From: Candidatus Bathyarchaeia archaeon
GTDB lineage: Archaea; Thermoproteota; CALKCG01; B24
Assembly (NCBI GenBank): GCA_038870975.1
Contig: JAVZJD010000002.1
Span: 160,001-224,000 of the forward strand
Reading direction: 5' to 3'
Length of the DNA: 64,000 bases
Part shown: one piece after another, positions 40,250-49,974 of the stretch
How the letters are laid out: every line of letters starts with the position of its first letter
How positions within the stretch are numbered: position 1 is the stretch's first letter
The notes under the pieces: model-generated
Database searches by the model: none
What the model was told of the DNA's origin: nothing
The model's input: only the letters and a program-made list of their open reading frames with translations
Position numbers and translations under genes: made by a program

Positions 40250-40637
40250 GCATTACAAGTATTATAGGCTTAGTTTAGAGGAGAGGGAGCTTATAATCAA
40301 GAGGATTAGAGCCATTCTTAAGGAGGAGGGTGTACCCTTAGCCATTCTATTCGGGAGCTTCATCGAGCTAGATGCTTTTAGAGATGTAGATGTAGCTGTA
40401 TACCTAAGGAGAGTGGACCCTGATCATCTGCTTAGGCTGGCTAATAGGGTGGAGGGGGAGCTAGGATTACCCGTTGACGTTATACCCCTCAACACCGTAT
40501 CCTCAAAGTTTAGGCATCATATTCTCACAAAGGGCTGTGTTATCCTTGAAGAACAGCCTGGGCTTCATGAAGCTTTAATCATACAAGCCCTAGATGAGAT
40601 TACGCTATTAGAAAGTGGAGGAAAACGGAAGGTTTAA
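40239..40637 (+). CDS. MNT antitoxin
   Basis: LFGSF...RDVDVAV, PVDV. Confidence 0.9.
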   Translation: MMIEHYKYYRLSLEERELIIKRIRAILKEEGVPLAILFGSFIELDAFRDVDVAVYLRRVDPDHLLRLANRVEGELGLPVDVIPLNTVSSKFRHHILTKGCVILEEQPGLHEALIIQALDEITLLESGGKRKV

Positions 40638-40724
40638 GATGAAGGCTCAACCTGAAAGGATGGTAACAACCGTTGCGGTAGTGTATGTTGAACCAGCCTG
40701 CTAGGTTAGCAGCTTTCAGAATTA

Positions 40725-41132
40725 ATGTATGTTGGGCACGCTATGATTCGACGGTATTATCGCTTATCTGTAGGTTTTTTGGAGAAAATTGGTGCCTATA
40801 AGCATAGGGTTAGAGGTCCTACTGGTGAAGCCGATGTTAGATTCTTAGTCGATAGCGGTGCAGTATATTCACTTCTCCCCGAAGAGGTGTGGAGGAGGAT
40901 AGGGCTCACCCCCATGCGTGAGCATGAGTTTATCCTCGCTGATGGAAGCACGGTTAAGCGGAAGGTTTCAGAGTGCTACATATCCCTCCCACAGGGCGAG
41001 TGCCATACACCCGTTATCCTCGGTGAAGCTGACGACCAAGCCCTCCTCGGCGTTGTAACCTTGGAGATATTGGGCTTAGTATTCAACCCCTTCAAGCGTA
41101 CACTACAGCCCATGCGGATGCTACTCATTTGA
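40725..41132 (+). CDS. Retropepsin-like aspartic protease (N-terminus/start uncertain)
   Basis: FLVDSGAVYS, LADG flap, LLGVVTLE. Confidence 0.8.
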   Translation: MYVGHAMIRRYYRLSVGFLEKIGAYKHRVRGPTGEADVRFLVDSGAVYSLLPEEVWRRIGLTPMREHEFILADGSTVKRKVSECYISLPQGECHTPVILGEADDQALLGVVTLEILGLVFNPFKRTLQPMRMLLI

Positions 41133-41173
41133 GTTTAAATACGGGTAAATTCATCGTTTTATGTTGAAGCATT

Positions 41174-41656
41174 ATGTTTGTAACACTTGAACTACCAATA
41201 AAGCTACTGAATAAGCTTAAGGGTCTTTCAGAGTCTAGGGGCGCCCCCTTGGAAGAGGTTATACTGGAGGCCGTTTACGAGTATGTCGGGCTGTCTGACC
41301 CCGAGGCGAAGGCTGAATTACACCTTAAGCTTTGTGAGAAGTACTTACGTGACGCCGGTAACCTGTTAACTGGAAAGGATTACGTGCAAGCTGGTGAGAA
41401 ATTCTGGGGTGCTGCGGCTCAAATTGTTAAGGCTGTGGCGGCTAAAAGGGCTGTGACGCTTGATACTCACGCAAAGCTCTGGGATTTCATAGCCAAGCTT
41501 AGGGTTGAATTAGAAGACCCGGAGATTGGTAGGCTTTGGGCTTCTGCAAACTCACTACATAAAAACTTCTATGAAGCTCAAGTGAGCCCTGAACTAGTTG
41601 AAGATTACGCTCAGGATGTAAAGAGGCTTGTAGAAAAGCTCAAAAAGCTCATCTGA
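41174..41656 (+). CDS. PaREP1-family HEPN protein with N-terminal ribbon-helix-helix-like domain
   Basis: DYVQAGEKFWGA, SLHKNFYE. Confidence 0.85.
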   Translation: MFVTLELPIKLLNKLKGLSESRGAPLEEVILEAVYEYVGLSDPEAKAELHLKLCEKYLRDAGNLLTGKDYVQAGEKFWGAAAQIVKAVAAKRAVTLDTHAKLWDFIAKLRVELEDPEIGRLWASANSLHKNFYEAQVSPELVEDYAQDVKRLVEKLKKLI

Positions 41657-41845
41657 AACGGAAGAACTATGTGGAAAAGAGCAGTTGAAGATGGAGAAGG
41701 CTCATAAGCTAATAGAGGATGTTAAATCGCTGATAGGTTGATGAATAGAAATAGAAGGCTACAATTGCAGATAGTATGTAGAATGAGGCTTGTTCATATC
41801 AATCCTCGGACTCAATTATCCCTACTATACTTCCATACTTGAGAA

Positions 41846-42631
41846 ATGTTAGAGCTTATAGCTCTGATATTGGCTGGAGTACACTTCAGCGTCCCGCTCG
41901 CCTATTACGTTTACATGAAAAGATACCTAGACAGACCATGGGATTTGAAGATGGATGAGAACTACAGACCATACATAACAATAATCCTCCCAACGTATGA
42001 TGAAGCTAAGATAATCAGAGATAGACTCGATAACCTCTACGAGCAGGATTATCCGAAGAAGTCCTTCGAAGTGGTCATTGTAGATTCTAGCGATGATGAT
42101 ACATCGAATCTCATTGAGGAGTGGGCTAAGCAGCATAACGACCTAACGTTGAAGCTTATTAGGGAGAATACTCGTAAGGGTAAAGCTTACGCGTTAAAGT
42201 ATACCAACGGCGAAGTAATCGTAATAGCTGATGCCGATGCTCTCTGGCCTAGCCACGCTCTGACTAGAGCGGTTAGATGGCTTTCCGACCCTTCGATAGG
42301 AGCTGTTTCATGTTTGAAGAAACCTTTGGGGTCTGGTGCGGCTGTGGTCGAGGAAGGCTATAGACAGTACTATAATGTTTTAAGAGTTGCTGAGAGTAAA
42401 GCATACGCAACACCCATATTCCACGGGGAGTTAGCAGCCTTCAAAACGAACCTATTAAAGGGACTAGACGGATTCCCAACAGATATAGGAGCGGATGACA
42501 GCCATACAGCCACAAAAATATCTCTTAAAGGCTTTAGAGCGATAATCCCAGATGACTTATGGGTTGAGAAGAGGGTTCCAGAGGAAAAATACTTTTCGTG
42601 GAGAATACGTAGAGCCCAACACCCTCTATGA
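41846..42631 (+). pseudogene. Family 2 glycosyltransferase, 3'-truncated
   Basis: LPTYDE, DAD, GADD; stops right after WRIRRAQH and lacks the C-terminal TM region. Confidence 0.75.
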
Positions 42632-42718
42632 TATATAGAAGGCATGTATCATAGGCTGGTTTGGAGGATGAGCTCTCAGAAGATGTTAAATAGATTGCAC
42701 GCGATGAGTTAATTAGGT

Positions 42719-43126
42719 ATGTCTATGGAAGAGGTTGAGATCCTGCGAGGGAGGGCTAAAACCTTTCTAAAGTATGCTAAAGAGGCTTTGGAGCGTGGAG
42801 ACTTCGACTTCGCTTGCTTCTCAAGCGAGCAGGCAGCTCAGCTTTTCGTAAAATCTGTAATACTGGAGTTGGTAGGCGAGGTTCCTAGGTTACATCGGGT
42901 GAGGGAACTCCTCTATTTATTGGGTAGGTCGGTGCCTGAGATGGAAAAGCCAATAACAGAGTTTGTTGAGGAGAATAGGGAGGCGTTGAGAGCTCTCGAA
43001 GACGCCTATATAACCTCCAGATACATGCCTTCTATGTATACGCGTGAGGATGCTGAGGCGCTTGTTAGGCTGGCTGAGGATTTAATCGAGTTTATGGGTA
43101 GGGTGTTGAGGGAATGCAGGCATTAG
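42719..43126 (+). CDS. HEPN domain protein
   Basis: ACFSSEQAAQ, PRLH, YITSRY. Confidence 0.9.
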   Translation: MSMEEVEILRGRAKTFLKYAKEALERGDFDFACFSSEQAAQLFVKSVILELVGEVPRLHRVRELLYLLGRSVPEMEKPITEFVEENREALRALEDAYITSRYMPSMYTREDAEALVRLAEDLIEFMGRVLRECRH

Positions 43127-43488
43127 AGAGGTACTATAAGGCTAAGTATGAGAGGTTTAAGAGCCTTTTGAAGTGGAGAGATCAGCTACCAGAGCTTTTA
43201 GAGGCTGTTAGGAGCGTTCTGCCGGGTGCAGAGGTATACGTCTTCGGCAGCGCTCTGAGAAACGAGCTTACGGCCAACAGCGACGTGGATATACTGATAG
43301 TGTCCGATAGGGCTTTAGGTTCGCAACACCATAAGCTGGCCGTAGCCATAGAGGAGAGGCTAAGGACTCCATTCATATTTGAAATACATTTGACAACGAA
43401 GGAAAAGCTAGCTTGGTACAAAAAGCATGCGAAGGAATTGATTCCCGCCGAACAGCTCATTCAAGAATTCATTGATAAGGAGAAATAA
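43114..43488 (+). CDS. MNT nucleotidyltransferase
   Basis: VYVFGS...SDVD, FEIH. Confidence 0.9.
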   Translation: MQALERYYKAKYERFKSLLKWRDQLPELLEAVRSVLPGAEVYVFGSALRNELTANSDVDILIVSDRALGSQHHKLAVAIEERLRTPFIFEIHLTTKEKLAWYKKHAKELIPAEQLIQEFIDKEK

Positions 43489-43791
43489 AGACTGAGCAGA
43501 GCCATGCCTGTTGCAGGAGCCCTCAGAAAACCTCACATTAAAGAGATAGTTTGGGCAAAACAAAGCAAGTGAGCATCTAAGATGACTTCTTTTAGCGGCG
43601 TTCACATCCTTTGTCTTATCCATCGTTGCAGACGGTTTTCATCCTTGAATATGCTTGTGGTGTTCATGGTTTTGACGGCTTTGCTAGTGAGACGCTCCTC
43701 GTGGATTGTAAACCACGTTATATTGGTTTACCGCGGCGGTAGCGGGGATTGTGTCGAAGAAGCTGGTTTAGAGGAAGATTGAGTTCTGAGA

Positions 43792-43912
43792 ATGTCAAAT
43801 AACTTGCCGCCGCAAGTTGTAGGGGCATTGAAATTGGCCTCAAAGATTAGTGGCAGAGTTAAACGGATAATCGACTTAGGTTGCGGTGATGGAGAAGTAA
43901 CTCTGGTGTTGA
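43792..43912 (+). pseudogene. N-terminal relic of a class I SAM methyltransferase, cut by the TnpB fragment
   Basis: IIDLGCGDG motif I. Confidence 0.65.
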
Positions 43913-44286
43913 AGAAGTATGAACAGGCAGAACAGCAAACACGACTACATCAAACTTCAAAAGTATGTGGAGTACAAATCTGCGTGGAACGGTTATGCTA
44001 CCGTATATGTTAAAGCGAAGGGCACTTCGAAGACCTGCTCCAGATGCGGGTACTACAACAAAGACCTAAAGGGAGCGGTCTTCAAATGCCCAAAATGCGG
44101 GCTTGTAATCGACAGACAGAAGAATGCATCGATAAACATCTGGAATACGTTCCTTAGCATGTGGGGATACGGGTTCACCCTGAAAGGAGCTAAGCTCGAT
44201 GAAAAGCTCCCAATGAACCCAGAGGGGGCTAAGGGCAGTGAGGCTCAAGAGCTAAGCTCTATACGTATCAATACTTAGCTCAGAAC
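43913..44286 (+). mobile_element. tnpB: IS200/IS605-family TnpB 3' fragment with right end
   Basis: YVEYK, TSKTCSRCG, CPKCG, DRQKNAS; terminal hairpin 44249-44256/44274-44281. Confidence 0.85.
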
Positions 44287-44334
44287 CCTTCACTAGGCTT
44301 GATAGCTTTAGCTAATTTTTAGAGGTGCAATACG

Positions 44335-44719
44335 TTGAGTGGGTCTATGATTAAGAGTTTGCTTAGCGAGTCAGAGGCTTACATTAACAAGGATGACGTT
44401 GTCCAAGCCTCTGAGAAGCTCTATAAGGCTGCTGAGGAGTGTATAAAGCTTCTTGCAAAGCACTTCAAGCTCGGTGAAGTTGAGGTTGCTGAGGAGAGGG
44501 GAAGGTGGGCCATCACTCGGCTTAAGAGAGTCGTCAAAGCTTTAACGGGTAAGCTTAGCGTCGATGTGAGAATTGGATGGGATGCTGTGAACTACTTACA
44601 TATTTGGGGCTTTCATGAAGCCCAAAATCGAAATTGAGAGCGTTAAAGCTAGGAAGCCAGCCATAGAGAGGCTGGCTAAGCTAGCTGAGGAAGCATTGAG
44701 CCGAAAAGTATCTGGTTAA
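44335..44719 (+). pseudogene. PaREP1-family HEPN gene, frameshifted
   Basis: DVVQASEKLYKAAEE, LHIWGFHEA, then a frameshift into KIEIESVKARKPAIERL. Confidence 0.8.
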
Positions 44720-44835
44720 TTAGAGCCATTACCAAGAGTAAAGCGATTACCGTAGACCAACCCCAGCATCTCAAACACAACTAATACTGAAGAAATGCTT
44801 TTTATATATGCTTTATACACTCCTTACAGTCGTGG

Positions 44836-45437
44836 TTGAAGTCACAGGTATGGAAAAACGTTGAGGTGGATGTCGAAGAGCTCCTTACAAGCCTATCTCG
44901 TAAAATGTTCGGAGACTGCTTACTGGGGTTAATGCTCTTCGGCTCCAGGGCTAGAGGAGACCACAGGGATGAGAGCGACTACGACATACTTCTCCTCTTA
45001 AAAGATTATTTCGACGGTGATCCAGTGAAGACCTACTTTAAAGCCTACGAGGGCTTGAGGGCCTTTAGAGAGGCTGTAAATAGAGATACGACGGTCCTCG
45101 TAGTATCCATTCAAGACCTCGCTAAGAATATATCGAGCCCCGTGATCCTCAACGCCCTCATAGAGGGGAGGGTAATCTACGATAAGGAGGGCTTAGTGAA
45201 GAGGTTGAAGGATAAAGTCGAAGATAGGCTTAAAAGCCTAGGGATAAAGAGGGTTAAAGAGGACTGGGGCTACAGCTGGGTTGTACCGTCAAACATAGTA
45301 CCATTCAAATTGGAAGTGGACCTTGAAGACCCTTTAGAATACGAGTATAGGCTTAGATTAGCCAAGGAACACTCAAAATAGCTGAGGAAGCTATAGAAAG
45401 CCTCAAAAGAGCATTCTCCAAGCCGTTGCGCAAGTGA
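44836..45437 (+). pseudogene. MNT-HEPN fusion gene with internal deletion of the HEPN core (MNT part 44836-45381 intact)
   Basis: LFGSRARGD...SDYD; HEPN first helix RLRLAKEH joined out of frame to last helix LKIAEEAIESLKRAF. Confidence 0.65.
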
Positions 45438-45556
45438 AGGGACTCTAAATCTTCATATCCACCCTTGCGATCTTCGACGTAGTCGTAATTGAAGATGAAA
45501 CCAGAGGATCTACCGCTAAGAATATTAGGGTGGCTGTGGGCTATTCAGTTTGAGCA

Positions 45557-45922
45557 GTGAGCATGGGTTTTACATACGTTAAGGTCCGCGTATACGATCC
45601 AACTGATATATCTAGATTCGCCACCGTCGACCTACTCGTAGATACGGGTGTCATCTTTACCTCAATCCCCCGCGGCATACTTGAAGGGCTGGGTTTGAAA
45701 CCCCTCGACCGTAGGAGGTTAAAGGTTTACGGCGGAGCCATTGTGGAGCGGGATGTAAGCGTCGCCGTACTTGAATACGGAGGCATCCGCATTGGAGCCC
45801 CAGTGATATTTGGCGAGCCGGAGGATATACCAGTCCTAGGAGCTACATCCCTCGAAGCACTCGGATACCAGGTGGACCCCGTTACGAAGCAGCTTAAACC
45901 CACGGAACTGCTGATGGTCTAG
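45557..45922 (+). CDS. Retropepsin-like aspartic protease
   Basis: MGFTY, LLVDTG, VLGATSLE. Confidence 0.9.
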   Translation: MSMGFTYVKVRVYDPTDISRFATVDLLVDTGVIFTSIPRGILEGLGLKPLDRRRLKVYGGAIVERDVSVAVLEYGGIRIGAPVIFGEPEDIPVLGATSLEALGYQVDPVTKQLKPTELLMV

Positions 45923-45993
45923 CCTAGTGGAGCTATCACGTTCACGCGCTAATTTCTCAACCAACTACGGATAGAGACTCAACGCAACAGATA

Positions 45994-47013
45994 TTATTCA
46001 TAAAACCAGTCTATCGGGAAAATCTTCAGTTTTAATGAGAACAGATTAGCCTTTCTATCATGGCAGTAGTAGGTTATTAGCGCCTCATCCCTAACAAAAG
46101 TTATGCTTGGATAGGCGTATGAGAGGCGCGGATCAGTCTCTATATCCTTAATGTTTTCCCAAGTTTCTCCCTCATCCCTCGATATTGCCGTCGTAAGAGG
46201 GACTCTTTGGGGACCGGGGGTGTTATTCCAAACCAATAGAATATCGTTTGTTTTCGGTATCCTCTTCATAGCTTGGGGAGAATTTGGAGACGAAAGTGGC
46301 ATTGGCTCAGCCTTACCCCAAGTTTCCCCAGAATCATCTGAGAAAGCCCTATAAATGTAACCCAGCGTAGTCCTAAACCACATCATAAGCCTACCATCCT
46401 TCAGTTCGATGACGCCGGGTTCCTCGGCAGTAGCTTTTTGCAAACTTACTTCCACATCTGACTTAAACCAGGTTCTTCCATTATCGTCAGAATAGAAGCA
46501 GAAGGAAGTTAATTTTCGCATAGCCCAAATATTGGGGGTATATGCTACTGGCAACAAGATTCTTCCATTTGATAGCTGAATTGCCCTATCGTTATTGGTA
46601 GTAAAGTATCCCTGGTAAAATTTTGCCATTGGGACGGGTTCAGACCATGTTCTCGCTTCATCAAAAGTCTTTTTTATATGTGGATGGCAGTCGGATTCAG
46701 AGTTCTTAACTAAGAAGAAGAGAGCAATCTCACCCGTTCTGAGTCTTAGTAAATCAGCCTCCATTACATTATTACGGCCAATATTCTCCTGTATAGTGAA
46801 GGGCTCACTCCAGCTTCTACCACAATCATAGGATATTTTTCCAGCTATTCTAGCTGGAGCCATATCATGGCTCTCGTAATGATAGAATTCCGTGTAGGCT
46901 AATAGTAGCCTTCCACCAGCCAACTCTATGATGTCTGCCTCTGTGTTTCTCGGATTCCTACCATTCGCTGGACAAACTATAAGATCAAATACCTCCCCAG
47001 CGAGACTACTCAT
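45994..47013 (-). CDS. Sialidase/BNR (Asp-box) family glycoside hydrolase
   Basis: Asp boxes SYDCGRSW, SDDNGRTW, SDDSGETW, SRDEGETW; YAYPS. Confidence 0.85.
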   Translation of the reverse strand: MSSLAGEVFDLIVCPANGRNPRNTEADIIELAGGRLLLAYTEFYHYESHDMAPARIAGKISYDCGRSWSEPFTIQENIGRNNVMEADLLRLRTGEIALFFLVKNSESDCHPHIKKTFDEARTWSEPVPMAKFYQGYFTTNNDRAIQLSNGRILLPVAYTPNIWAMRKLTSFCFYSDDNGRTWFKSDVEVSLQKATAEEPGVIELKDGRLMMWFRTTLGYIYRAFSDDSGETWGKAEPMPLSSPNSPQAMKRIPKTNDILLVWNNTPGPQRVPLTTAISRDEGETWENIKDIETDPRLSYAYPSITFVRDEALITYYCHDRKANLFSLKLKIFPIDWFYE

Positions 47014-47261
47014 CCTCCCACCAAATCTCATAAAACCATAAAATAGATTTCTCCCGTCGAATATTTTAATTTTAATGGACAGCAAGCGTAGGATGCTGAA
47101 GCAATATCTAAAGGTTTAGAAAGCGAATTTCCAGTTGTTATTCCATATACTGGCGTAATTCGCGGCTTCATAAAAAGTTGAAAAGGGATCCGACGAAGTT
47201 GGAGACCCCGGTCGATGGAAAACAAAATCTTAAAGGGAGGCATTAATATTTAACTAGTAGG

Positions 47262-47675
47262 GTGTTGCAATTCACGTCTAGCAGCGCTAATGAGGCTGAA
47301 GCGTTATTGGCTAGGTCTAAGAAGTTCATGGATGTGGCCTCAATGTGCGTCGAGCACGGATTATACGACCTAGCGTGCTTTAACGCTCAGCAAGGAGTCC
47401 AACTGCTCCTCAAGGCACTTACGCTTAAGAAGCTTGGATACATCCCACGCACCCACAGCGTCCGGGAGCTGATCGGAACACTAGCTAAGCAGCTGAACGC
47501 ACGGGAGTTGGATGAGTACGTTAAGACTCATAGGCTTCAGCTAATGGCGCTTGAGGACGCATATATATCCTCTAGATACTTCGTTAAAGAGTTCACGAGG
47601 GATGATGCTGAGGATTGCATCCGCATCGCAATGGAGGTGGTAGGACTTGTACAGAGAACGATCAGAGATCCTTAA
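47262..47675 (+). CDS. HEPN domain protein
   Basis: ACFNAQQ, PRTH, YISSRY. Confidence 0.9.
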   Translation: MLQFTSSSANEAEALLARSKKFMDVASMCVEHGLYDLACFNAQQGVQLLLKALTLKKLGYIPRTHSVRELIGTLAKQLNARELDEYVKTHRLQLMALEDAYISSRYFVKEFTRDDAEDCIRIAMEVVGLVQRTIRDP

Positions 47676-47991
47676 AAATTGGAAGAGGTACGTAAACGAG
47701 GTCGCAAGGGCAGCCGAGAGTCTTCTAAAAAACTGTGAAGTTTACCTCTTCGGAAGTGCCGTAAGAGGCAAGCTGACGGCAGCAAGCGACATCGATGTAC
47801 TCATCATAGCCGAAGACCTGCCACAAAACCTCATGGAGAGGGCTAAAGTCAAGGGAGAGATAGAGAGGCTGGCAAACCTACCTCCCTACCACCCAATTCA
47901 AATACACCTGATAACCAGAAATGAGGCAAAAAATAGCTCAATCTACTCAAAAGCCACTGAAGAAGGCCTAAAGATAAAGTTTAACCGCTGA
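47647..47991 (+). CDS. MNT nucleotidyltransferase
   Basis: VYLFGS...SDID, PIQIH. Confidence 0.9.
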   Translation: MYRERSEILKNWKRYVNEVARAAESLLKNCEVYLFGSAVRGKLTAASDIDVLIIAEDLPQNLMERAKVKGEIERLANLPPYHPIQIHLITRNEAKNSSIYSKATEEGLKIKFNR

Positions 47992-48236
47992 TTAACCCTT
48001 AACCAGTGGCATTCTAAATCGGAACGTCTTCCATCGAGGACTGCAAAAGCCCACTTCGACACGGCACCGGAATAATTGTTCCAGGAAAACTCAGAAGGCT
48101 CTGTGATGAGGATAAACTTTGAAAACAGCGTTGGAATGATAATGCCTACGAGATTTAAACCTTATAAGTAGCATAGATTCCGGCAGTCTTGAAAGCTGTA
48201 AAGTATTTAAAACGATTTTTTAAATTATTATTCAGC

Positions 48237-48596
48237 ATGGGTTTCACATACGTGAAGGTGAGAGTTGTTAATCCCGTAAATCCGACTAGGTCAGAGGATG
48301 TTGAGTTGTTAGTAGATAGTGGCGCCATTTTCACTTCCATACCCGGCGAAGTTTTAAAGAGTTTAGGTTTAAAGCCCGTTGATCGTGAAAGACTTAAGGT
48401 TTATGGGGGAGCGGTCGTTGAAAGGGATATTGGATGGGCTTTAATCGAGTATGGAGGCAAACGCAGGGTTGTGCCCGTGATTTTTGGAGAAAAGGATGAC
48501 GCCTCAATACTTGGAGCGACGAGTTTAGAGTCTTTAGGTTTCCAAGTCGACCCAGTAACCAAAAAGTTAAAACCAATAGAATTTTTAATGATTTAA
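48237..48596 (+). CDS. Retropepsin-like aspartic protease (paralog of 45557-45922)
   Basis: MGFTY, LLVDSG, ILGATSLE. Confidence 0.9.
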   Translation: MGFTYVKVRVVNPVNPTRSEDVELLVDSGAIFTSIPGEVLKSLGLKPVDRERLKVYGGAVVERDIGWALIEYGGKRRVVPVIFGEKDDASILGATSLESLGFQVDPVTKKLKPIEFLMI

Positions 48597-48663
48597 CACC
48601 TTTTTACGGTTCTTGGAGGCATTAATAAAGCTTTAAATGGTGAAAAACCTCAAGAATTAATGG

Positions 48664-49050
48664 ATGATAAGGGAAGAAGCCTTAGATTGGTGGAGTGAGG
48701 CAAAGCACAATATCAGGCAAGCGAGGAGAAACTTTGAGATAGAAGAGTATAGTGTATCTGCCTTCCTGTGTCATCAAGCATCTGAGAAGGCTTTGAAGGC
48801 GCTCTACATAGTTAAGAAGTCGAGGCTTCCGCCGAGAGGACATGATCTAACGAAGATTGGGAGGCTCCTTGACGCGAAGGAGATAATGGATGAGTTGAAG
48901 ATTCTAAACCCCCACTATACGATATCGAGGTATCCGAACGCTGCGAATGCAGTGCCAAGTGAAGTGTATACGAAGGAGGTTGCTGAGAGGTGCCTTTTAG
49001 CGGCAACTAAGGTCCTAGAGTGGGTGATGAGTAATGGCGGGTTTCCATGA
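48664..49050 (+). CDS. HEPN domain protein
   Basis: HQASEKALKA, RGHDL, YTISRYP. Confidence 0.9.
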   Translation: MIREEALDWWSEAKHNIRQARRNFEIEEYSVSAFLCHQASEKALKALYIVKKSRLPPRGHDLTKIGRLLDAKEIMDELKILNPHYTISRYPNAANAVPSEVYTKEVAERCLLAATKVLEWVMSNGGFP

Positions 49051-49390
49051 GGGGCTCAGTAGGATTAAACTGTCTAAGAGACAGAGGAGGGAGCTTCTGG
49101 CATTCATGAGGCGGCTGAGGGAAGAACTCGGAGCCAGTGAGGTTTACCTCTTCGGATCAAGGGTCTACGGCATACCATTAAAGGATAGCGACCTTGACAT
49201 GATAGTCGTCTCAGAGAAATTTAAGGAGCGGGGCTTCATCGAAAACATGGAATTACTTAGCAGGCTCTGGGACGGCTCCTTCACAATAGAAATGTTTCCA
49301 TATACGCCAGAGCAAATAAAAAAATATAACGGCAGAAAGGTCATTATAACAGAAGCACTTGAAAAAGGCATTAAGATAGATCTAACGTAA
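49034..49390 (+). CDS. MNT nucleotidyltransferase
   Basis: YLFGSR...SDLD, YTPE. Confidence 0.9.
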   Translation: MAGFHEGLSRIKLSKRQRRELLAFMRRLREELGASEVYLFGSRVYGIPLKDSDLDMIVVSEKFKERGFIENMELLSRLWDGSFTIEMFPYTPEQIKKYNGRKVIITEALEKGIKIDLT

Positions 49391-49454
49391 GATCATAAAC
49401 TGAGAAAACTCCTTGCTGAAAACATATTGAGCAAATCGGCAAGTGGATGAATTT

Positions 49455-49541
49455 ATGAATGTGCTGATTACAAGTGGTGCAGGCTTCATAAGTCATAATG
49501 TAGCCCTCTACCTTAAAAGCAGTTTATGGATTCTGAACTAA
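49455..49541 (+). pseudogene. N-terminal relic of an NAD-dependent nucleotide-sugar epimerase/dehydratase
   Basis: MNVLITSGAGFISHNVALYL then a stop. Confidence 0.65.
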
Positions 49542-49593
49542 GTATGGATTCCATACATATCTTATTGTCAAGAAATCCTCTAGTTGTTTCAGC

Positions 49594-49974
49594 TTAAGTT
49601 TCCGTCTTAACTTCACCTTCTTTAATCTCCCTGTAAAATTTTGCTATGTTGAAGTCATCCCTAAGTATTATCCCCTTTTCCACGGCTTCTGTAGCCATTG
49701 GATTTCCTCTTCTAAGCAACGTTAAAAACTCTGCTAATGTTAAAGGTATGACTTCAAAACCAGGTGGATAATCTATTCTCTTAAGTTTCTCCAGCGGAGT
49801 ACCAGTTAAATCCGATATGAGTATTATATCTACATCGCTCCATAGGTTAAAATCTCCCCTAGCGTAAGAGCCTATAAGTATTGCTGAAGCCTTAAACGGT
49901 AGGCTAACAGCCCACTTCTTACAATCGTCCAATACCTTCTCCCTCAATCTTTCCCTCTCTTTAAGGATTTCCAA
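49594..49974 (-). CDS. MNT nucleotidyltransferase
   Basis: LIGSYARGDFNLWSDVD. Confidence 0.9.
   Translation of the reverse strand: MEILKERERLREKVLDDCKKWAVSLPFKASAILIGSYARGDFNLWSDVDIILISDLTGTPLEKLKRIDYPPGFEVIPLTLAEFLTLLRRGNPMATEAVEKGIILRDDFNIAKFYREIKEGEVKTET

Noticed and set aside
48000-48160. Possible GT4 glycosyltransferase relic
   Set aside because: Too degenerate to support
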